Of a DNA stretch of 64,000 nucleotides, positions 22,701-32,536 are shown piece by piece (the first letter of the stretch is position 1; each line of letters opens with the position of its first letter). The notes beneath the pieces were generated by a model that searched no databases, was not told where the DNA came from, and saw only the letters and a program-made list of their open reading frames with translations. Source of the stretch: Trypanosoma brucei (Eukaryota); assembly GCA_000002445.1 (NCBI GenBank), contig CP000069.1, forward strand, positions 672,001-736,000, written 5' to 3'. The translations under genes and the position numbers were made by a program.

Positions 22701-23575
22701 AGCTTTCTGACCGGCCGAAGTGCCTTTTTTTTTTTTTTTGAGAGGCGTGGGGGTGGGGAAGCGACCTGCCCTAAACACCGTGTCGTGTAAGGGAATTCAA
22801 TAAAGGGAGCCACAGTTAATAGTAGCTGACTAGCATACATCGCTGGAGGGGCGGGGGCGGGGAGAGTTCAACCTTTTCGGATTTCTTTCTTGGGGTAAAA
22901 AGGTGATCAACGAGGGTGAAATACTTTGTTTTCTTGTTTACCGACGCATGAAGGGGTGATAATGTCTTTAATTATCCTGCAGATATTCGGTTTGTGTTTG
23001 CGACTTAAATTTATAGCTGCGTGTTAAACCACTGTGTTTAATGCTGCTGGTGCGAACCTTGAACAATCATTATTGTTGAAGGAACAGAGTGGTGACTGAA
23101 AGCTCGGTTGCAGAGCGTGAAGAATCGATAGTCACTCAATCGGTTTCATGTCATTTTTTAAAAAATATGTATCGGTGACTACTTTTTCAGTCGGAAAACC
23201 CAGTTCATCTCCTCATGCTACTGATGTTGCGTTACCAGTTTCTTGATCGAAAAGAGGAGTGGTAGCGCGGCAAACGGCCCTGTGAGGCAGACTATGTTAT
23301 GCGGGTGAGCTTTGGGGGGGGGGAAGAGGAGGAGGAGGAAGGGCACTTGCTAGAGCTGGTGTTTCTTTACTTGTCGCTACTGTAAACGCGTCTTGGTTAT
23401 GGGTTAATTGCTTTCTTAAAAAAAAAATTCTACGGGATTGTCGGTTGAATACGGTTTTACACAGACAGCAGATGTTTTTCCGTTCCCAATTTGGGAGGTT
23501 ACAAAGTTGTACAATGGTGTTTCGTGCAACGTAAACTCCGTTTATCGGCGTAGCTATTTGGTTTTTAAGCGATAA

Positions 23576-24316
23576 ATGGCATTTCGTAACACTTTCACAA
23601 CTCCAGGAAAGTTTTCAACCGTTTCCAAGAGCATAGTTTTGCTACTGATTTGGCGCGTGAAAGTATTTTTACGTGCCGAGGGCTTTGCTCATTCATTAGT
23701 GATGTTGCCGGTTTCTCTTTACAGTAAAATTTTGTTATGTGACGTTAAAAAAGAAAATTGTCTACTTCCATTGTTGTACGAGGAAAAAGTAAGAAGCATG
23801 TTACGTCGCTGCCCCTGTGTGTGGCCTGATGGACCCACGAAGAGTAGTGTGTCCATTGGAACAGCCTTCACCCTGCAGAAACGTTTTTTGAAAATAGCAA
23901 AATCTGCGTTCGGGTTCTACCTCGCGCGTCGTGGGCAACGGAAGTATCCATTTCTTCGGAGACCTCATATTAAAAATACCCACTCAATGAATCCGAGTGC
24001 CCCGTACTTTTGGAGCTTTATGACAGCCAAAAGTCAAATGGCCTTTCTGCCGGAAGAAAACTACATCACAGGTGACTGGACAGGGAAGTTCTTTGTGTCG
24101 AAGCGTCAGGTGTACACCCTTCAACACGCTACTAGCGGAGCAAAGGTACGGGTAAAGTCGTTTCCTTCAATTTTTGAATTTAATAGTCCATCCCGTTGGA
24201 ATATTGGCAAAGAGATGAACACACTTACTAAACCTCGCATGGATCTCATCGATGAGCAAATGTTGACGAAGAAGCAAAGACTGGATTACGTTCGGGCCGG
24301 TTTGCTGCCCAAGTAA
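23576..24316 (+). CDS. Hypothetical protein, 246 aa
   Basis: ATG-initiated ORF after a roughly 3.8 kb ORF-free stretch. No recognisable domain. Confidence 0.4.
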   Translation: MAFRNTFTTPGKFSTVSKSIVLLLIWRVKVFLRAEGFAHSLVMLPVSLYSKILLCDVKKENCLLPLLYEEKVRSMLRRCPCVWPDGPTKSSVSIGTAFTLQKRFLKIAKSAFGFYLARRGQRKYPFLRRPHIKNTHSMNPSAPYFWSFMTAKSQMAFLPEENYITGDWTGKFFVSKRQVYTLQHATSGAKVRVKSFPSIFEFNSPSRWNIGKEMNTLTKPRMDLIDEQMLTKKQRLDYVRAGLLPK

Positions 24317-25470
24317 GATTTTCCTCATTCTTCATGTTTGTGTGCGGGGGCATATTTTTGTGTGGTGCCATGGACTCTCACTTGCTATAGGGGCCATTTT
24401 TTTTTTTTTGCTATCCTTCTATCGATATCGTCCCTTTACCTCTGCGGTGCGCTATGTAAGCAGTGTGTCTCAGGGCGAGGACCCACCGCCTGCCCCTCTA
24501 CCCCGGCGGAATTCTTACTACTCATTTTGGGGAAGTGGGTGCGCCCGTTTGTTAGTGTGACTATGGTTCTTCTGATACGTTGTGAGTGAAAAATTCTTCA
24601 GACTGAGTTATTACCTCTTTAGAGGTGGGAACGAAGAGGGGAAAGATGCCTATGTCCGTGATGAGGTGATGGTACATAAGACAAGTAAATCTTCCCAACC
24701 TCTGGTGTTTACGATATAGGGGTACCGCGGCTAGTTGCCCCTTCAAAGGGACTACGAAAACCCAAAAGAAGTCACGAAACATGGCTATTTCTCCTTGTAA
24801 GCCCGGGTGTTTCGCTAGGCAAAGGGAAAATATCAACGATTGTGTCGTGTTAGCTGCATCGGGCATGTAGCTGGGTTGTGGACAGCGTTGCATCTGGATA
24901 TGTGAGCTATCCAAGCGTGCATCCGACAACGAGGGACTGGCGCCCTCTGATTGCCAGCGCTGGGTGCATGCCATTACCCAACGTTGGTGTGTTGGACTTA
25001 GGGAGGGACGAGTATCGTTGATACCGAGGGGAGGTTAACCCTTGAGGGTGTCGGGGTAGTGTCATTGGATACCAGTTATGTGTGTATGCTCGGCTATAAG
25101 CGTTTTTTTGTGATTGTATGGCATGCGAAGTGTCTTTTACACGTGGCCTTTGTGCATTTTCCATCGTACTGTATTAGTTGTCGGAACCTCACTATTGTGT
25201 CCACTGACAGTCACTATCGGGAGATGGGCATATCGAGGGTAAGGGATGGTTCCAGCATTGTTTCTGCTTCTTGGCTTGCTGGCTAGCACGAGGGGTCGGT
25301 ACTACCAGCAACTTTTCATAAGTGACACCAGGTGCGGAGCATCACCACAACTTTTTTAAATAAAAGAAAACACGTTTTACGAGGGGTGTAGGGCGTTTTG
25401 TTAACCGTGCGGAGCTGCTGTCTTTGTCTCTCTTCATCATTCTACTATTTAAATAGTGCGGTAGCTTACT

Positions 25471-26334
25471 ATGCTCCGTGTTGTGTCAAGGAAAATTTGT
25501 ACTACTATTGTCCGACGTTGCCGTGGGGGTTCCGTCTTAGAGGAGATATTTGCAGAGCTTGCTGCTTGCGATGTAGCCCAACGGAGCGCGCAACCCACGC
25601 CACAAGTTGATTTCGCTCGGAGGGAGAAATGCAGAGGTGATTTTAACTCCGGAGCAGGCAAATGCAATGCCGTTACATCTCCTGGGCGATCTCCGGAATC
25701 TGAAGATAGGGACATTCGGGCGGAAACATCAAAGCAGAAACATCTCCAGCGCCAACTGCAGGAGGTGTGGGACCGAGTAGCGATGGCGAAGGTGGAAGAA
25801 GAGAAGGAGGAAGGGGTGCGGCGTCGCTCCCGTTACGTAGTTTCACCTCCTGCCATTCTACATCACTCAACAGCAGAGCTTGTCCAAGAGAACTCTCCGC
25901 AGCATTTCGTTCCTGCGGAGGATTCTTCAGGGAAACTTTCAGCCCTTCCCCATGTAGAGTCACCAGGCAGTGTTGCGGTCGTCACGCTTGTGGGGCGGGT
26001 TCTTTCAGCGGTTGGATCACACGGCAGTAGTGAAACCTCGAGGGATGACCGAGATCTGTTGACAGACGAAGACGAATTACACGCACGCTTTCTAGTCGAG
26101 TACAATGTGCCGTTCCGTACGTTGAAGCCCGTTGTTGTTCAAGTGCGCTGCTATGGCGCCACCTTGCTGTCTTTCGCTGAACGTTACGTGAAGAAAGGTG
26201 ATGTGGTGCATGTGTTGGGGCATGTACTGCCTCTGGAGGTGCGTTCTCCTGAAGACCCTGTGCTTTGTGTTTGTGCGCTTCCATTTGGGGGTAACGTTTC
26301 CGTTGTGCTGGGGACTGAGTGTGTCGCCGAGTAG
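25471..26334 (+). CDS. Hypothetical protein with a C-terminal OB-fold/SSB-like segment
   Basis: ATG start. The C-terminus (HARFLVEYNVPFRTLKPVVVQVRCYGATLLSFAERYVKKGDVVHVLGHVLPLEV) resembles the SSB pattern wHrvvxFGklAE..YLkKGsxVyveGxL. Confidence 0.45.
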   Translation: MLRVVSRKICTTIVRRCRGGSVLEEIFAELAACDVAQRSAQPTPQVDFARREKCRGDFNSGAGKCNAVTSPGRSPESEDRDIRAETSKQKHLQRQLQEVWDRVAMAKVEEEKEEGVRRRSRYVVSPPAILHHSTAELVQENSPQHFVPAEDSSGKLSALPHVESPGSVAVVTLVGRVLSAVGSHGSSETSRDDRDLLTDEDELHARFLVEYNVPFRTLKPVVVQVRCYGATLLSFAERYVKKGDVVHVLGHVLPLEVRSPEDPVLCVCALPFGGNVSVVLGTECVAE

Positions 26335-26548
26335 GGAGACCAAAAACGATAGCAGAGAGGAGCAACCTAAGAAACACTCATTTGATCACCTATTCTTTTA
26401 TTTTTGTGGGCCAGAGGGTGACGTATTCTTCCCTCTTTCCGTCACCCTTCTAAATGAGTGATAGTTGTAACAAGTAATAACGAAGGTAAAATATTCGACG
26501 AGCCAACTGTATTCAAAATCCTACTTGAAAGAAAAGAAGCAACACGCC

Positions 26549-27142
26549 ATGCCCAAGGTTCTCGTTCCCATTGCGGAGGGAACTGAAGACATTGAACTGT
26601 CTTGCATAACGGACATTTTGCGTCGTGCTAACTTCCAGGTTACCGTGTCGTCCGTTATGGAGTCTACAACCGTTCGCTTGTGCAGGGGCCTCGTACTTAT
26701 CGCTGACTCATTGATTAAGGATGAGTCTGGCGAAGGGTATGATGGCGTTTTTCTTCCCGGTGGTTTACCTGGTGCTGACTACCTTGGGAAAAGTGTGGCT
26801 CTCAAAAAGATCCTTGAGGATGTCCGTGCCGCAGGGAAATGGTACGGAGCCATCTGTGCCTCGCCCGTGGTTTCATTCGAGCCCATGGGTTTGCTGCGGG
26901 ATGTCAAGACTATCACGTGTTACCCCGGATTGAAGGACAAAGTCCCCTCGCATGTGCAGTGGAGTGCAGACCCTGTCGTTCGCTGCGGCAAGTGCTTGAC
27001 GAGCATGGGACCTGGAACAGCAATTGCATTTGCTCTTTCGATCGTTACTGTTCTCGCGACGAAGGATATTGCGGAGAAACTGGCGAAGGACCTGCTTGTT
27101 TACGACAGCCCCGTGATTAATCAAATGTTCAGTAAGTTTTAG
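26549..27142 (+). CDS. DJ-1/PfpI family protein
   Basis: ...KVLVPIAEGTEDIELSCITDILRRANFQV...GVFLPGGLPGADYL...AICASPVV... The conserved nucleophile-elbow Cys (AICASP) is present. The start is moved to the first ATG (26549). Confidence 0.8.
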   Translation: MPKVLVPIAEGTEDIELSCITDILRRANFQVTVSSVMESTTVRLCRGLVLIADSLIKDESGEGYDGVFLPGGLPGADYLGKSVALKKILEDVRAAGKWYGAICASPVVSFEPMGLLRDVKTITCYPGLKDKVPSHVQWSADPVVRCGKCLTSMGPGTAIAFALSIVTVLATKDIAEKLAKDLLVYDSPVINQMFSKF

Positions 27143-27806
27143 GAATTGCTGCATGTGTGGTGGGTGCTACCTGACCATGCACGGGTGCTGCCCATACCCA
27201 CAAAACCACGGAGTAAATATCTGCATATATTTGCATTTCAATCGCTACTTCCAGTTTCAAGAGGTGAGAGTACAATACAAGAAAAAAGAAGGGTACCATG
27301 ATGGTGCGAACTTTGCATGGATGGAGGCGGGGGGTACGTGGTTTATGTGTAGGGAAAAAAGTATTTTTTATTGATTAAAACGTGTGTATATGAGGGAATT
27401 GGAGTATGTAATTGCACGTGGTGCCTATACACTGCTTCCTTTTACCCACTTCGCGGAGCCTATAGGACGCTGAATTCTTTTTGAGTATCCATACTTGTCC
27501 CATTGTACTTCTGCTGCGTCGTTTATTATTCCGCTTGGCGCTTGCAATATTCCAAATCCTAACGTTGCCTTTGACCTACCTATTTGCTGCCCCATTGGAA
27601 AAAAATTGATGTGCGCAAACACATACACATACACGTACATAAATATATGTTCTGTGCGCAAAAGAAAAACAAGATAAAAAGGGAGAAAGGAAAGAAAAAA
27701 TAATACTAAATCAATTATCAAGGGATTTGAATCCTCAAAGAAGGGTATCTGTTCACCCCAACTGGAAAATAAAAAGGTTGGTACGAGGGGTGGCTGGTGG
27801 TTCCGG

Positions 27807-30800
27807 ATGGAAGGTTTGTTTATTCGGGTTGTGTCGGGTAGCCCTAGGCAGAGACATTCGGATGTTGAAAATACAACACCCGAGTACACCATCCTATGTG
27901 CTCAGACGCCAAATGCAGCGGATCGCATCACGCAACTGATGAACCGCTTCCGAACGTCTACCGAGGCAAGCTCTACTCAAACCATGATCTACCTCCTTCA
28001 GACGTGTGTTGGGACAGATGTACCACCCGACGAGGTGGAGAACATAGTGGAGACATTGGTAGGGTTCGCAAACGAGCATCCGATGTGGACAGACACCATC
28101 CAGTGGATCTGCGCCTTTGTACACTATTACTGCACCGACGAGTTCACCGTTTCTCTGTTTTCTGAATTTGAAGTGCCTTCCGTCGCGGTTCGAGCACTGA
28201 AGGAGGCACCACAAAACAGCCATCTCGTACTTGCTGGATGTACCCTGTTGTCGCACTTCAACCTATATCCTATTGGAGACGGAATATCTCAGCTGACGCG
28301 CGCTCTCTCTATGCACAGCAAGGATCCCTTGGTATGTAAAGCGGCGTGCCGTGCTCTCGCTGAGTTTACATCGTACGTTGTTGAGGCTCCGAATCTTTAT
28401 GTCACGGCGAATAAGGAATTTGTTGGGGCGGGTGGCATTGACGTTCTCGAAAGTGTATTGCATGAACAAATAGGCGACGAGGAGACAACTCGATACGTGG
28501 CTCGAATTGCCGCTAACGCCATAGGTTCAGGGGAGCCGAATACTTTGGAGCCGGATTTCAAGGTTGTAATGTATTTGGCGGAGGCACTCGAACGATATTC
28601 CGATTCAGAGCAGCTCTGTAGCTGTACTCTGCGTGTCTTTAGCGTTTTTCCGTCTTCACCGTATGTTGACATGAACGCTATAGCATCGTTATTTAAAAAC
28701 ACCGAGTCGGAGGCAGTTGCTATAGAAGCTATTCACTTCCTATGCAGTGTGGCGATGAGTGTGAAGACTCTGAAGCAGCTAATTCATACAACTGGTTGCG
28801 TGCAGCGGGTGCTGGAGGTTATGCGGAAGTATGCGGGAAATGCTTCGATACAGGAGTACGCCTGTAGTCTGCTATCATACCTTTCTTTTGACTCCGAGAC
28901 GATAACCTCTTTCATAACGGATGCGAATGGCATCATTCTCGTCCTTGCAGCAATGCGAAACTTTCCTGAGTCAGAGGACTTGCTTGTTTCTGCTTGCGCT
29001 GCTCTAAGTGGCTTGACGTTTAACAATCTCAAGGGCCAAGAGGTTATCGTCTCGGAAAAGGGCGTTGCTCTGATTCTGGAGGCGATGGGCCGCGGGAAAA
29101 GTGCTCGACTACAAGACAACGGCTGCCTGGCGCTTGGGACCATGTGCTGGAACAGTGATTTGAAGGCCGACGTGATACGCTACGGCGGCGTGCAGATGAT
29201 CATGAGGGCACTGGCGGCGCATTACACAAACGCTGGTCTTGTAAAAAATGCATGTCGTGCTTTGGCGCAAGTTGCTTTTAACTGCGAGGCCTACCGTGAT
29301 GACATGCACGCAAGCGGAGTTATACCACTGATTATGAAGGGAATGGCTGAGCACCCGAACTATGACCGTGTGCAAATGCACGGTTGTGTGGCTTTGTCTT
29401 ACCTTTCCTGGAATAATGAGCAGAATTCTGCGCAGATAATATCGAACAACGGTTATGCTGTTATCATTAACGCGATGCGAAACCATGCACATAATGCTGA
29501 AGTTCAGGAGCATGCTTCGCGTGCTCTCGCAAACATTGGGGGAGTCCGCTCGGATGAGCTCACACCAGCATTGGAGTTAATAATTGGGGCTATGCGGCGT
29601 CATGAACATGTGAGTGAGGTTCAGGAGGAAACTTGTCGTGCCATAGTCACCCTCTCACTAATTTCGACGTCTTACAAAGATAAACTGTTTGAGCTTGGTG
29701 CTGCCGAATGTGTTGTGACTGCTATGCACAACTTTCCATCTACCCAAGTGGTGCAGCAGGAAGCATGCAACGCGTTGGCTCACCTTGCATACGAACACGC
29801 CAATCTTAACCGAGCAGTGACAGAACTCAGTGGAGTGGAGGTACTTTTGAGAGCGATGAAGACGTACGTAAATGTGCCAAAAATACAACTAAATGCGTGT
29901 GGAGGCCTTAGCGCCCTAGCTTTTGACAACACCATAGCACAGAAGCAGATCTACGACCTTGGGGGTGTAGCGTGTATCATACGAGCCATGGAGAACTTCG
30001 AGCGGCTGCGCATGCTGGAGTTGGGTTGTTCTGTGCTCGGGACGCTTGCATGGAACTCTGAGATAAAGGAAAGCGTTGCCGTGGTGGCAATCCCTGAAAT
30101 TCTGAAGGCTATGCGAGTGCATCACGACAGCCCACTACTCCAAAAATCTACGTGCCGTGCAATTTCCCAGTTCGCGTTTAACTCGGAGAGTAATCGTAAA
30201 CTACTGGCCGAATCTGGCGCCATACCGTTAATCGTCCTTGCCATGCGCACACACGTTACCACAGACAAGCTTCTCGTGCACGGAATAAAGGCTTTGACAT
30301 ATCTCTGTTGGGAGAATTCCCAGGTCGCAGAGGCTATCATTAGTGAGGGTATCGAAGAGGTTCTCCAACACGTTATTGACACATATCCGGCGTCTACACG
30401 GGTTTATGGTGAAGCTGCCCATCTATCCAAGATTCTTTTCCGCAAAGTTACGGGCAGCCCAAACCCGAGTGTACGCGTCTATTCCCCACCGGTATTCTCG
30501 CCTGTTTCCGTGTCACAGACCCCGGGGTCTGCCGTCACTCGCACAGATACCGCCATGTTGCTGAGCCCACCCTTGCGGGACGCGTCCGATGTTGGGCATT
30601 TTTACGGTCGCCACTCAGATACAGGCCGAAAGGATGATTGGCATCCCGCTGAATATCAGAAGTCTCCGAAACTAGAGCACCAGCAACAAAGACAGCAACA
30701 TCAACGAAACAACCGTGGGGATAAGGAGACACAGGGACCCGGTGAGACGAGGGGTGAAATTGACGGAGCGGGTCGCAGGCGCCGCAACCGGCGTCGAGGA

Positions 30801-31193
30801 GGAGGAGGAGGAGGAGGGGGGGGCGGTGGCCGCTTTGACAGACCCCCCAATCAGTGCGAACCCCCAGGCGCACTCGTTCGTGATTCCCCCGAACGTCGCA
30901 CCGAAGTTCACAATACCTGGTCCCCGCGACGGGACGGTGGGTCTTCTCGTCCGCTGTCTCCTGACGACCTATGGGATGACCCCCACCCGAGCACATACCA
31001 TGGGAATCGTGAGCTCGGGAATCTCAGCTGGCAGCAGGTGCAGCTTACTCGTCAACAGGAGGAGCGACACGTGACTTCAGGCGATAGGTCATATCGTGGA
31101 GGGGGAGGTGGGGGACGGGGTGGAAGAAGGTATCCAAACCCGCGAGGTAATGCCCCTACTCGTGGACGTGGTGATAGTAGAAGGTGCCAGTAA
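27807..31193 (+). CDS. Armadillo-repeat protein, 1128 aa, with a C-terminal RGG/poly-Gly low-complexity tail
   Basis: Roughly 42-aa ARM-like units recur across residues 100..800 (...NACRALAQVAFN..., ...ACNALAHLAY..., ...TCRAISQFAFN...). The C-terminus reads RRRRNRRRGGGGGGGGGGGRF...RGGGGGRGGRRYPNPRGNAPTRGRG. Confidence 0.7.
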   Translation: MEGLFIRVVSGSPRQRHSDVENTTPEYTILCAQTPNAADRITQLMNRFRTSTEASSTQTMIYLLQTCVGTDVPPDEVENIVETLVGFANEHPMWTDTIQWICAFVHYYCTDEFTVSLFSEFEVPSVAVRALKEAPQNSHLVLAGCTLLSHFNLYPIGDGISQLTRALSMHSKDPLVCKAACRALAEFTSYVVEAPNLYVTANKEFVGAGGIDVLESVLHEQIGDEETTRYVARIAANAIGSGEPNTLEPDFKVVMYLAEALERYSDSEQLCSCTLRVFSVFPSSPYVDMNAIASLFKNTESEAVAIEAIHFLCSVAMSVKTLKQLIHTTGCVQRVLEVMRKYAGNASIQEYACSLLSYLSFDSETITSFITDANGIILVLAAMRNFPESEDLLVSACAALSGLTFNNLKGQEVIVSEKGVALILEAMGRGKSARLQDNGCLALGTMCWNSDLKADVIRYGGVQMIMRALAAHYTNAGLVKNACRALAQVAFNCEAYRDDMHASGVIPLIMKGMAEHPNYDRVQMHGCVALSYLSWNNEQNSAQIISNNGYAVIINAMRNHAHNAEVQEHASRALANIGGVRSDELTPALELIIGAMRRHEHVSEVQEETCRAIVTLSLISTSYKDKLFELGAAECVVTAMHNFPSTQVVQQEACNALAHLAYEHANLNRAVTELSGVEVLLRAMKTYVNVPKIQLNACGGLSALAFDNTIAQKQIYDLGGVACIIRAMENFERLRMLELGCSVLGTLAWNSEIKESVAVVAIPEILKAMRVHHDSPLLQKSTCRAISQFAFNSESNRKLLAESGAIPLIVLAMRTHVTTDKLLVHGIKALTYLCWENSQVAEAIISEGIEEVLQHVIDTYPASTRVYGEAAHLSKILFRKVTGSPNPSVRVYSPPVFSPVSVSQTPGSAVTRTDTAMLLSPPLRDASDVGHFYGRHSDTGRKDDWHPAEYQKSPKLEHQQQRQQHQRNNRGDKETQGPGETRGEIDGAGRRRRNRRRGGGGGGGGGGGRFDRPPNQCEPPGALVRDSPERRTEVHNTWSPRRDGGSSRPLSPDDLWDDPHPSTYHGNRELGNLSWQQVQLTRQQEERHVTSGDRSYRGGGGGGRGGRRYPNPRGNAPTRGRGDSRRCQ

Positions 31194-31683
31194 GTTTTTT
31201 TTTTTCGGATGATGCTACGATATTGGGCGTCCCTGTCAAACGCTTTTTTTTTTGTGTGCTCGCGTTCGGTCAGCCTGAGAAGGAGCGGGGGAGGGAAAGG
31301 GGGAAGGGTGTAAGGAGGGAGGAATTGGATGGAGGGGCAGGATTCTTTTGGGCAGCCGTAATTAAGCCACTCTGTGTGAAACTGATCGCTTCTTTTGGCA
31401 CAGCAGGCATACATGTTAATTTTTCTCTATTTTTTCCCTTGTATTCGGTAAGAGGAGAAGGAGGCGGCTGGCGAGCCGCTCGTTTTGCCTCATGTTTCAC
31501 TCTGCTGTCGTACAACTTTGATCGATCTGACCGCCTCTTTGGCGTACCTATTTTTCTTTTTTGTGTGTGTGTGTCCCTTGGTTCGTTGTATACTTTTCTT
31601 TCGGTTCTATCTCCGTGCGACTCTAATTGCTGTTTCACTTTCCCCTCCGATCTCTTCTAGGAATACTAGGAGGAAAGGACATC

Positions 31684-32073
31684 ATGAGCGTACCTGAGTG
31701 GGCAAGAAGTGAGCATTCCATTGAGGAGGCTAAGGAATATTTGCGGACGGGAAATTCAGTGGACTTCTTCGAGTTAGTTTCGAGCCACATCCTCCGAGAA
31801 CACCCCCTGGATGTTGCGGCCTTTGCCCTGGATCTAGTAGAACGTATTTCAAAGTTAGGGAACACTCTTTCAGCCCGCGATTATCACCCTAAGAGGGTAG
31901 AGGATAATAAGTACCTGCAGGAAAAGAATGTGTGCGAATTCCTTAACGAGTGGATATTGGCCCTTTTGAAAGAGCGCCCAGACACGGACGAGGCTCGTAT
32001 GAGCTTCCATAAGCGCTACCTGAAGTCACTGGTAGATGGTGGCGGTTGTTCCCAATGTACTTCGGTCAACTGA
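31684..32073 (+). CDS. Small hypothetical protein, about 129 aa
   Basis: The ORF is moved to the first ATG (MSVPEWARSEH). The sequence is non-repetitive and lies between two larger genes. Confidence 0.4.
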   Translation: MSVPEWARSEHSIEEAKEYLRTGNSVDFFELVSSHILREHPLDVAAFALDLVERISKLGNTLSARDYHPKRVEDNKYLQEKNVCEFLNEWILALLKERPDTDEARMSFHKRYLKSLVDGGGCSQCTSVN

Positions 32074-32536
32074 ACATAAGCAAGGGCAAGTACGCGAGAT
32101 GTAGGGAGCGATCAAGCGAAGGGGAAGAAAACCAAAAAGGGAGAATAGTCAAGAAAGGACAGTCGAATCTTAGTTTCTGGAACTGCTCTCGCTTTTTTAG
32201 CTTTAGTTCCTAACTTCTGAAGAATATCATATCCAAATACGAATATTATCAAATGGCTTGATGGTAGGTGGCCCGTATTTTTGCTTCTTTGTGTTTCTTG
32301 CCTTCTCAGGCTTGGTTGTTAGACCTATGGTAGTAACAATTACATCATTGTTTTTCTTTCGACACCCCCGCACGGTGACGCCGATGGTAAGGTTACCGAC
32401 GTGCGGGGTGCCACTTCGCTCCACTACTATTTCCATGATGTGTGACATAAACATGCTACTTATTATCTCGCTTACTCTTTTGAGCAAGGGTAAGTCTGTG
32501 GAACGGTGATATTGTTGGTTTGACGACCCAAGCACT

